From: Chrysomallon squamiferum
Taxonomy: Eukaryota; Animalia; Mollusca
Reading direction: 5' to 3'
Assembly (NCBI GenBank): GCA_012295275.1
Contig: CM022671.1
Location: 20,522,001-20,586,000, forward strand
DNA: 64,000 nucleotides
A program made the position numbers and the translations under genes. Positions 52,798 through 64,000 of the stretch are shown piece by piece (position 1 is the stretch's first letter; every line of letters starts with the position of its first letter). The notes beneath the pieces were generated by a model. It saw nothing but the letters and a program-made list of their open reading frames with translations, was not told the DNA's origin and ran no database searches.

Positions 52798-55700
52798 TGC
52801 ACAACTATAGACACACAGTCAGAAAAAATTACCCCTTAACAAGAGGAAATTTAGGTACAGGTCATTGAAATTTTGTGATAAAGACTCCAGATTGAATGAC
52901 AATGAAATAGTATAAAAAGCACTGGTCAATAGCATTAATTCTTTGAGATGTTGATAAACATCCATTTCATTTCTGTGACCTTCAATAGAAAAAAAATGGC
53001 ATCAATAAATGGCCATGAAATTTATTATATACATGAAAAACTTCACAAATATCCAATAAATTTTTATAACGACCATTATAACTGTAATGTACAATAAAAG
53101 AATAATATAATTCCTCTTTGACGTTTTATTATTATTTTTATTTTTCTTCTTCACTGCCCCTCCTTTACAAGTTCTCATTGATTTTAAAAAAAGAAAAACT
53201 GTCATGGGTGAGTGGTAAATTCTTATTAACAATTTGACAGGTTGAGAAAGTTAACCTTTCTCAAAAGAAATTATCGCTATTGCACAGTGGATGTCTTTCA
53301 GTATGAATATAAACCCTTTATTTGTGATGGCATTCTGTCAGCACGAATTCCCTCTGAGAGAGTGAAAAGCAATTGTTTACGGTTGAGTGATTTCTTACCT
53401 GGCCCAGGTCAGCATCAAAAGACTGTTGTCACAAAGGTGTCCAAGGCTTTGGATTGTCTGTCTTTCATTTTTTTTTTAATCCATTGAGTATATATATTTT
53501 ATTTTTACGATCAAACTCCACCCACTATTTCTCAAGCCTGGTAAACAATAATTAAGCTGCTCAGACATGTACAGGGGTTTTGAAGTATATAATAAAAGAA
53601 AGGAATGCTTGATACTGCATACTTTGACTTGTGGGCTTTTGGGTTTCTTATGTAATATTACCATTTTTTTTAACTGTTTTATTTTCATTTACAGGGTTAT
53701 AACAAACTTTTATATATATATATATATACATTCACTGTTGTGTGTGTATACACATTATACATGTACATAGAAGCATATACACACATACACATACACACAC
53801 ACACACACATACCATTTCCATACACGAGAAAGCAGAAACAAAAGCCTTTAATAAGCCAATAATTAAATAAAAATAGGAGCAGTGGCTTGAATGTGAAATA
53901 GCCATTTAAATGCACTATTATCCTTTGGTCCTCTTACCCACCATTCCTCCAGGCAGTCCTCCAGGCGGTCCTCCAACCAGTCCTCCAACCACAGAGCTAT
54001 AGATGTGCTTTCTATTACCATTCTGAACATAAATCATTGTCCTGCTATTAAACTGTTAGTGGAGAGATAAAATATTTATGAGTGTGTTTCTTTTGTTATT
54101 TAAAAAAAAAAAAATTTTAACATGTTCTTTATGTGGCATTTTGACAGGCAGTGAAGTTATATACTATTGTTATATTTAATTTTATTTGTGTCTGTTATTT
54201 GTAATGTTGTGAAGAGAAATTTATTTTCAGTGATTGGATCTGAAAACTATGCTAACCATGATTTATATTTTTAAATTTTTGGGGGTTACTTCTTTGCCTT
54301 TTTCCTATAATTATTTTATTTTCAATTCTTAATGTTAATTAATTTTTTTCTTTTATTTTAAAATTTTATTTGCAGTTCTACATAGAAATTTATGTGGGTT
54401 ATGTTTTTCCTTTTCTTTATTTAAATTGATGATATTCTGTGCCACTTATTCCCCAACAAATTAATATGTATTAAAACACTTTTGTTAATTAAAGGGTGTA
54501 ACTGAAATTTAGATATTTTGCATTCTTTTGTGTGATTTTTTTGGTAATAGATAAATAAATAAAATGAAAAAAAACAACAACACACAAATAAACTAAAAAC
54601 AAAAATCATGTGTGAAAAAAGTTAACATCTACAGTTAAGAAAAAAAAAAAAAAATAATAATAAATAAATAAATAAATAAAAATAAAATAGATATTTATAA
54701 CACTTATATATCTGTTACGTTCATTACATCTATTATAATAGATTCACTCATGACATACAGTTGATATATTAATATGGTGTTGGTGTATACAATTAAAATA
54801 AATACCATCTAGTACTTAGTAAGAAATTCAAGATAAGTACAAATACTGTTAAATTATTCATGCGGTCTTTTATGTAACAGTCATACAGATAACATTTCAT
54901 ATTTCCTATAAGGTTTTATGATATTTGGTTTATTATAGATAAATGGGGTTTTGTTCAATGTGATTCCATTTGTATAAATGAATATTGTTTGAATTTATGA
55001 TGTTTGAGGTACAAACATACATTTTGAATTTTTTTTTTTTTTTTTTTATTGTGAGCAGTCTTTGGTGCTGATAAAGTGCAATATGCATGCATAGAGGATG
55101 AAAATATTATTTTTATTTTATTTTGTGTACAAAAAGGTTTTATATATACATGAAGTATATTTAGACCATTTGTTCACTTTAAGTTATTCTGTTTAAAGAC
55201 ATCACAGGGATATTTTTATGTGCTAGAGTCAGCATATATGCATTTATTTTATGCTCACTTGAAAATGATGCTAAACAGTTGTGTTTTTATTAAACACTGT
55301 TGTGGAATATATATATATTTTTTTAATTAAGGTTCATTAAATATGTCTTTATTTATTTATTTGTTGTTGCTATAATTATTTATATTATTATTGTGATCAC
55401 CATCATCATTATTTTTTATATTATTATTATAATTCCTATGGTTTTGAGTTTTTAATTTAGCAAATAAAATTAAGTTTTGAATTTTTTTTTAAAAATAATT
55501 ACATATGATTATAGTAATTTGAATGTTTTTATTTAATTCTGAAGATCCAGTTAAAACTAAAAGAGTCCTTTCATATACTTTTTACTTATAAAAAAATATT
55601 TATATATCAGTATTTTTAAAAATACAATGCATTTTAAGATTTTAAATCTTACTTTTATGTATATTTTATTTATTATGCATTTTATAGCTCAGTTTTAAAA

Positions 55701-56399
55701 AAAGAATATAAATAACTAATATTTATCTTAATTTTGTTTTATTTTTTTAAAATTTAAAAAAAGTAATATTAGCAACAACAATAAAAATTAAATAAATAAA
55801 TAAATGAAAAAAAAAAAAAAAAAATACATTCAAAAGTTAAAATCTAATAAATACAATTTGTTTTAAATTTAAAATCCTTTTCTTTCTTTCTTTCATTCTC
55901 TTTATTTATTTATTTATTTATTTATTTATTTGTGCTAAGATTGCTGTTTATCAGAAAACTAAGCTACAAAAAGTAGAATAAAGTGATCAGTTGTGAGAAA
56001 AGCTCTTTAATGAGAAGCACTCCGACTGACGTCTCTTCATATGCTTGGTCTGGCTGTCAATGATGATGTATGTCTCGTTTTGACAGGACAATTAAATTTT
56101 AGACATTCACCTCTTTGCTAATACCATGCCAAACCATTGGCAATATGAGTGTGGACTTCTGTCCCAATGTTATGTTATTAAAATGTTTTTGAAAATCTCC
56201 ACTTTGTTTTTGCAGAAAAATCAGCATCAATATATTTTGGGTTTCGTTTTTATTTTATTAAAATATTTTGGAAAACAGCTACAAATTTATCAGATTCCTG
56301 GAACAATGTATCTTAATTAAAATTATTGGGAAACCTTTGTGATGTTTTTGTTTAATCAACAGCAGAGTAAGTGGATTTCTTCATATTTGTTTTCTTCTA

Positions 56400-56915
56400 C
56401 ATTGATAAGCCAATAGTAGTTTATTAGGTTCCTCAACCAATGTGACTTTATCTAAATATTTAAAAACTCTTGGTAAACCACAACACATCTGCTTTTCCTA
56501 ACTATGAGCAATGTGTAAGGTTCATACACCAATTTATTATAATGCTTGGTAAACCACATCACAATGTGTGTGGTTCGTACATCAATGATACTTTATTAAA
56601 TATTTCATAAATTACCTCACTTTTCCCTACCACCAGTAATAAATAGTAGTATATATACTCCATCTATTTTGTAAACCACATCTACTTTTCCTTACAACCA
56701 GTAGTGTATAAGGTTCCTTCATCAATGCTGTTTTATTAAAACACTTTGTAAACTACACCACAATTACTTTTCCCAACCACCAGCAATGTGTATGGTCCAT
56801 ATTCCAATGCTACTTTATCAGAAAGTTCCTGCACCAACATTACTTTATTAAAATGATTGGTAAACCACTGGCAGTGCTTAGGGTTCATACACCAATGTTG
56901 CTTTATTAAAATGTT
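56400..56915. repeat. Highly decayed minisatellite
   Basis: The motifs ttggtaaaccac, cttttcc, ggttcatacaccaat and ctttattaaa recur in the same order. Confidence 0.65.
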
Positions 56916-57999
56916 AAGAAATTGATTTATGAGGCATGTATTTTCACTGAGCAACTTTTTGAATCACATTAAATTGACTGGTTGACAGGTCTTAAAATAT
57001 TGCTTGTTGCATCAATAAGGAAGCGGTCATGTTTATTAATAATGTAAATGTTAATGGCAGAACAGAGTAATTTTTTTTTTTAAAATTTTTAAACTTTTTC
57101 AGACTTGTTCAATGGTAAAGTGCCCTCCTCAAAGGGAGAAGGTCACAAGATGAGTCTTTCTCAGTACACCAATTAGACTGTTTCCCATTTCTGCAAGTGC
57201 CATATAACTGGGATTTCAGAATGTCGTGATCTTTGCTTTTTCTATATTTGGAGAAATGCCTGTAAAAAATATTCTTTGTTAAAGCAGTGACAGCAAGTGC
57301 TGTTATTATTTTTTTAACCAGTCTATTTATTTCATTCAAAATGATGAGATTGATAATTGTCAGTATAAAAATATCTTGGTGTATCTTTAAAGAAAATTTG
57401 TTTTTAGTTGTTCTCTACTCCCTTCCTTCATTCATTCATGCATCCTTTAGTCAGTTCCCAGCTGGTAATTTATTATGGACAATGGTATAAATTTAAATAC
57501 CAATGGAAAGGTTTTTGCAAAAGATCCTATACTGCTAATTTGTAAGTGTACTGCTTGGAGTGTAGAAAAAGGTTTCTTCTCTGACATAATCAGTTTAAGA
57601 AGACCTGACACTTAACAGGATTAATATTATGACATTCTGACATACAGTTAAGTAATCATTTTAATTAATTTCTGAGATCTTCAAAAACAAAATGGTTCTC
57701 GTTAGCAGCCATGAAATGTATTATTGACATGAAAAATTTCCTAATAATCAATAAGAATAGCCCAAGAATTGGTGGCTGCACCAGGCAAGACTGAAAGAAC
57801 TGTAGCTATCCTCTTTCATTTCGTAAATTGTACCAAGAACATCTGACATCTGATTTTTGTTAATATTTGAATGAGTTGAGGAAGGGGTCTTTCATTAAAC
57901 AAACCTTCATGTATCATATCCCATCATCTTCATGGTATAGGGCTAGTCTTCTGTTGGGGAGTAAATATTTGATTTAGAAGTGCGAGTGTTAAGTCATAG

Positions 58000-58255
58000 A
58001 TATGGCATGAGTTCATTTTGTATATGGCACTTATTTAGCAAGAGTTATATTCAGCATGGCACAGATAAGGCATTTGTTCTTGTTACATATGGCACATATT
58101 TGGCATGTGTTAATATTGTTATTTTTGACACATGATGTGGCTTGTGTTCATATTGTTAAAGATGGCACACTAGGCATATGTTCATCTGTATGGCACAAAT
58201 TTGGCATGTCTTCATGTTGTATATGGCACAGATTTGACTTGTGTTCATACTTAAT
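58000..58255. repeat. Decayed ~29-bp minisatellite
   Basis: An atatggcacagatttggcatgtgttcat-like unit occurs about 8 times. It explains ORF 58056..58259. Confidence 0.75.
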
Positions 58256-58475
58256 ATAACTCAGTCTGAAAAACATGTCCAAACTATTACCTTTGACACT
58301 AACTGTTATACTTTTCCCATTGTTCAGTATGTCAAAGCCTTTCCTTTAAAAATCCTACAGTACACTTTGCTGCTTTGAAAAAAGATGTTGTTACAGTGTT
58401 AAAGTGTACAGCTCACTGTCTGAGAAAAAAGAATCTAAATACACTTTTTATACTGCCAGATGAATGATAAATTTA

Positions 58476-58517
<42 letters not shown>

Positions 58518-59109
58518 TATTATTATTATTATTATTATTATTATCATCGTCATTATCATCATTATTATTTTATTACCTGGATTAAAAATTATTAGCCAGT
58601 CTTTGAAAATAATTAAGTTTGAAAATGAAATTTAAAGTTCAGAGAATGTATCAAATTTTTTATATTTTATTTTGTGAGATCATAAAAATGAGAACATAAT
58701 GCAAAAGAAAACTAACATCTAAATAAAGCATAAGCAAGTTGCAATATCCAAAATTCTTCATAGATTTTAATAACACTATTATTGCTATCGTGGTTGTTCT
58801 TATTAGTATTGTTATTTTTAGCATAATGTTGTCTTTGTTAATAGTTAGTACTACAACTACTATTATTAGTATTGTTGTCATTGTTGTTATTATTATAGTT
58901 ATTATTATTTTTTATTTTGTTGTTCTCATCATTGTTACTAATATTAGTAACAGTAGTAGAAGTAGCCACAGAATTGATACTGTTATGATTGTTGTTGGGA
59001 TTGTTATTACTACTACTACTATTACTATTACGGTTATTTGTTGTTTTTATTGTTATGTTTAATTTTATTATTATTTTTCACCCAGATATAAATATATTCC
59101 ATATTTCAG

Positions 59110-59472
59110 ATGATCAAAGGAAAGACAGTGTGATCCAACAAGAAAGTCCACCAGAAAAAGCCAAAGACCAAAAGACAGTAAAACCATCTTGGCCCACTAA
59201 AAGGGACATGGCTCAAAGGGTCAGACGGATTGGGCGGGTGAGGCAGTCCATTGGTCATTCTCCAGCTCTGCCCAAAACTCCCATGAAGGAAGTGGACAGT
59301 GATGATGAAGAAGAACGATCTGGAAAGAAGGATTTAACCAATCTTGCAGATCTGCCCTGGCACCATGCTCAGTTGTACCGTCTCTATGGTGAAAGTGCAG
59401 ATTATTTCATCCATCCAAAATTGGAACTCAAAGGTCTGAAAGTTCCCATCTGTGATATAAAACCTAACACAT
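59110..59472 (+). CDS. Internal coding exon C (363 nt, phase 1-1); DQRKDSVIQQESPPEKAKDQ...LPWHHAQLYRLYGESADYFIHPKLELKGLKVPICDIKPNT
   Basis: Longest complex open frame in the window, with raised GC and normal amino-acid composition. Acceptor ttccatatttcag, donor CAT|gtgagt, length a multiple of 3. The low-complexity N-terminal part of ORF 58989..59480 is intronic. Confidence 0.87.
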
Positions 59473-62360
59473 GTGAGTGATTGATTTTTTTTCACAAATA
59501 TTATTTTCTGTTTGTATTTTATTTTATTTTATTTTATTTTATTTTGTTTTAAAATGTAAGTGGTATTTTATTTTTTTACTGTTTTTCATTTTTTTGGTGT
59601 TTTTTTATTATATTTTAAATTTTATTTTATTTTGTTTTGCTTTTATTTCATTTCACTTTATTTTGTTTTCTTTCCTTTTTTTAAATATTGGATTGAATTT
59701 CATTCTTATTTATTTATTTATTTACTTTTTTAATTACTTTTTTTTAATTTCAAAAAATGTTAAAAAGGTAATCAACCTTCATTTTGTTTTCCCAGTTGAT
59801 ATGATTTTATTTTCACAGTTATTTTTTCTTCACCCCACTTTTGGAATCAGTGTTTCATTTCGGTCATTAACTCACTTTTATTTATTCATTCAGTTATATT
59901 CTACCTTTCCCTTATTTTCTTATTAATGAGGTCCATTTCCCTTTTGTTAAAATGTTCCGTTTCAGGAATGGGAAACAGTCTAATTGATGTACTGAGAAAG
60001 ACCAATCTTGTGACCTTCTCCATTAAAGAATTTCTGTTACCACTGGCTCACGTTTGTTCTTACCCAGCTGTTATAATCTTCCTTTCTCATGAGAAAACTT
60101 CTTTCCCCTTTTCTTCATGTAATGTCTTCCTTTCTCACTGAAGAATTCTTTCTTCTCATGTCTTCTTTTGTCATTAAAGAGCTCCTTTCCCCTTTTTGTT
60201 AAATTCTTCCTTTCTCATTAAAGAATTCCTCATCCCTTTTGCCAGTATTTTCTCCATCCATGCAACACTTCTCTGTTGCATCCAGCACTTAAGTTGTTTG
60301 TATTTGCTCATTCTTGCAGCTTTATGACAGGCTGTCTTGAGCATCTGACCATGAAAGCATCATGGTTGATTTGGCATTAAGGCTCTAACTAATTATAATA
60401 TTACTGTGTAACATTTTCCAATTCTGACCGCGGTAATATCTCGTCTGCATTCTCCTATCAGGCCTCAATTTCTAGAGTCTTTTCTATATAATCCTGTTCT
60501 GATGTTAAGTCTCATTTATCAGTCCTGTCAGCTTAATGTCTATCATCAAAGGTCAAGAAGGGTAACTCTGTTTATCATCATTGACCAGGGTCAAGATTTA
60601 TCCCTGCTGCTTCACTGTGAAAAGAAATACTGTGCTCCAAACCACATGCTCTGAATTTGTATTCACTCCTGTTTTGATAATGTTTGAAGATTCTAAAGTA
60701 ATTCGTCAATTTCGTAAGATAAAATATTAACATTACATCAAAAATTAATAAAAGCAAAATAATGAAAAAGAATTTATTACATTCATATAGACACTCACAG
60801 AATTTTTTTTCTTTTTTATTATTTTTATCTCAAAATTTAAAAAAAATAATAAAAAAAATGGAGGGAAAAAAAGAGTAATGTTTATTTTCTGCCATGTTTT
60901 TTATTTTATTATCAAACCACAGTGGAGCTCTGCTTCCCATCTTCTACATTGACGTCTTATGTTATTCTTCAGTTCATTCCTTCATTCACTATTCACCATT
61001 TTCCTCTCCCTTTACCAGAGCACTCTATCATTTACACCCCTCCTCATCTCCACCCATGACAGTGAAAAATTTCTTGGCTAAAACCATCTTATTGCTTGTT
61101 CAGCATTATTTGAAAATAAAGCATATTGTAAGCCACGTGACTCTTACACAAGTCCACAGTATCATTAAATCATGTCGAACTTGACAGGCGATAATAAAAA
61201 AAGACTTTAAAAAAAAAGAAAGAAAAATGAATCTGTTCCGAGAGATTGAAAAGTTGTTTGAAAGATTGTTGCTTTCTATTGATTTGAGACGCATTTCAAT
61301 TATCCCAGCTTCTGCTGACAATACGCTTGCCATACGATTATAAAATTTCATGCATTACGAGACGGATTGAAAAAGAATTAGTTTCTGCTTCGACTGAAAA
61401 CAGTGAGGCAAGGGGAATGTGTATTGATTCCTCAAACCACAATTTCCATAATCATAATACAATGCACTTGCTTATTTCACCAGATTACTGTTTTGGTTAT
61501 TGTTTTTTTTTCTTTTTTTTTTTTTCTCTTTATCATTATTATTTTTAAATTATTTTCTTACTGCTTTTAATGCAAATTTCTATAACTCATTTTGTTTTGG
61601 TGCTTTTTTTCATCTTCTTCTTCTTTTTATTATTATTTTAAATTTTTATATATTGCTAATAAACTGATTTAGATGACAGACTGATATGTTCACAGAAATG
61701 ATTTTTTAAAAAGAGGCAATAAAACAGGACATGTTTATTAATTAGCATTTCTCTGTAATGGACAGTAAGGGCAGTTTTGAGGATAATTAATGATTCTTAA
61801 ATATATATGGAAGGCCTGTTAATTTTGAAAAATTCATTGATTAATTACTATTCTGTTTTTGTTTTCTGAATAAAGAAACATTACAAGCAAAATAATATAT
61901 TTTTGATATATTTATTAATAAATGTTTTAAAGTAGATATTTAATTTATTTATTTAACTAAGTATTAATATATTTACATAGCACCATTTAATAAATTTATT
62001 TCACTAAGTATTAAGCACTTTTATTTAACTATACATAAATATATTTATTTAACTTTAGTCAAAAAATGTGTGTTTAATTTACAGTCAAGTTTTTTCCTCA
62101 TGATATTAAGTACAAGAGTTAAAAAAAAAAAATTTCCTAAAATAAAAACACACACTCTTCATGTATGGCTGATCACATTTTTAAGCTTGAGTTGGCTCAT
62201 GGAGTAGCCGTTTAATTTTATGGTAAAAAGGCAATATTTTCTGCTGCATGAATTTTTCTTTCATTTTAGCATTGTTAAATAAACTGTTTTTGAAAATATG
62301 CAAGCTTTCATGTTAAAGTCTTTACAGCAAAGTAGCAGTTAAGATTCTTACTTTTAAAGT

Positions 62361-62408
<48 letters not shown>

Positions 62409-62879
62409 TTGGCTAAAATTTGTATAAAATGTCTGTAATAATAATGATGTCAGTTTTTTAAATTTTCATTTATTATTCATTGCTGATAATAATATTTTAT
62501 ATGTATTTTTATGGGTTAAAGATAGATATAAAAATGAATAAATAAATAATAACAAGGGTAATAATAACACTTATATAAACACTTTAAAAATATTAATATA
62601 ATATTTATTGAAAATTTTGTTATTTACAATGAAGTATTTCCAATGATTTTGTTAGCTAGACGTGTTTGTTTTGTTAAAACCCTTTGCCTGATGCATTTGT
62701 CATTTCTATTGTATATTGCATGTATGGAAAACATCGCATACCAATAAATCAAACAAACTGTTTGTATTTTAAAACACGTGTTCATGATGTTGCCTAGTAG
62801 TTTGTCTAAAGCTTACATAGTAAACTTCAAGTGCTCATCCTTGTTTGTGAGATTCTGCTTTAATTTTTGTGAATGTTGA

Positions 62880-62883
<4 letters not shown>

Positions 62884-62968
<85 letters not shown>
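62884..62968. repeat. (AG)n microsatellite
   Basis: Seen directly. Confidence 0.97.
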
Positions 62969-62971
<3 letters not shown>

Positions 62972-63462
62972 TTATTTAGATGAAGAAAGAGGGAGTGAAA
63001 GAGAGTGAGTAAACAAGAATTTATGAAGAAATTGATTTAAATTAGATAAAGGATGGCTTTTCTAAATGATACAGTTTCATTGTTGCAAATAATATTCACA
63101 TGCAGTGTATTTAATGTGGGTTAATATTTCAAGAATTATTATTGAAGTAAATTTTTGATTTTATAAAGCAAAAAATAAACAAATAAAAAAAAAAAAAGGT
63201 TAGTAATAATAAATACAATTTTGTTTTAAATTATTATTTCATTCCAAATGCATTGGAAGTTAGAAACAGCATATAAAGAAAAGAAATTTAAGAATTTAAA
63301 TTTTAATAATAATAATAAGACTACTACTACTCCTACTAAATATTATTATTATTATAATAATGGTAACAACAACAATAATGACAACAACAGCAATAATAAT
63401 AATAACAATAACAGTAATAATATATTATGTCAATGTAATTATAATAAATAATTATCTTTCAG

Positions 63463-63557
63463 GTCACATTGGAGCTGAGGAATTGTGGGAGAAACTAAGA
63501 TTAAAATCAAAAGAGAAACTACTCAGTGAAGATCAGAGATTTCCACAAGAACTGAAG
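63463..63557 (+). CDS. Internal coding exon D (95 nt, phase 1-0); (C)HIGAEELWEKLRLKSKEKLLSEDQRFPQELK
   Basis: Acceptor attatctttcag and donor AAG|gtaaaa. It joins exon C in frame (t+gt = Cys). It is complex sequence between (AAT)n and (CTA)n tracts. Confidence 0.78.
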
Positions 63558-63562
63558 GTAAA

Positions 63563-63611
<49 letters not shown>

Positions 63612-63795
63612 GTCCTTCTTTCAGTAGTATTGCTACTACTGAGACTGCTGATGATGATGATGCTAGTACTACTACTACTACTACTACTGATGTTGATGCT
63701 GATGCTGATGCTAGTAGTACTGCTTCTGCTACTACTACTAATACAAAATAATAATAATATTATTATAATTGCTGCTACTGCTACTACTACTTCTA
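63563..63795. repeat. (CTA)n/(GAT)n/(GCT)n compound trinucleotide tract
   Basis: Seen directly. It gives the poly-Leu part of ORF 63360..63941. Confidence 0.92.
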
Positions 63796-63798
63796 ATA

Positions 63799-64000
63799 CA
63801 GGTTGTACCTCTTTAATTCAACATTCCATACTTTGGCACGGTTTGAACCTGTCACCATTAATTTGTGGATCTGCCACCAGTGCGATGCCGCCAGTGTTTA
63901 CTTACACTCCACCCCAGTGTTTGGCAGTCCATTCCTCTTAATTTCATATATATATATAACACCACGAAGACCCTGCTGATATAACCTGACCTGGGTTTTA
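63799..64000 (+). mobile_element. Possible left end of a pogo/Tigger-like (Tc1-mariner superfamily) element
   Basis: TA followed by CAGGTTGTACCTCT resembles Tigger-type termini with a TA target site, and there is an abrupt switch to complex GC-richer sequence. The other end is not in the window. Confidence 0.35.

Noticed and set aside
58476-58545. Long palindrome (AAT)n(ATT)n
   Set aside because: These are back-to-back trinucleotide microsatellites, a common pattern in this window, with no sign of function.
61978-61990. Another TAGCACCATTT match to the miR-29 5' end
   Set aside because: No complementary TGGTG arm lies nearby and it sits in AT-rich low-complexity sequence, so no hairpin can form.
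21449-63557. Assigning a gene symbol to the host gene
   Set aside because: No domain or motif in the 199-aa fragment is recognisable to me, so a database search is required.

Overview
This is AT-rich, strongly CpG-depleted, microsatellite-dense animal genomic DNA, almost entirely intronic. The miRNA variants and repeat landscape suggest a lophotrochozoan such as a mollusc (inference). Nearly all ORFs in the supplied track are microsatellite or low-complexity artefacts. The real content is: (1) two clear Mir-29 family pre-miRNA hairpins on the + strand, a miR-29b-like copy (mature 33818-33839) and a miR-29a/c-like copy (mature 45892-45913), about 12.1 kb apart; (2) four frame-compatible GT-AG exons on the + strand (21449-21535, 48611-48662, 59110-59472, 63463-63557) giving a continuous 199-aa internal fragment of a protein I cannot identify, with both miRNAs in sense inside its ~27 kb intron; (3) a candidate in-frame 9-nt microexon (45106-45114) between the two miRNAs, plus splice sites that closely bracket the miR-29b hairpin; (4) a ~22-copy 66-bp minisatellite, a truncated hAT-type MITE, small TE remnants, many decayed minisatellites, and several CpG-retaining, enhancer/promoter-like islands. 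I found no prokaryotic systems, CRISPR arrays, tRNA or rRNA.
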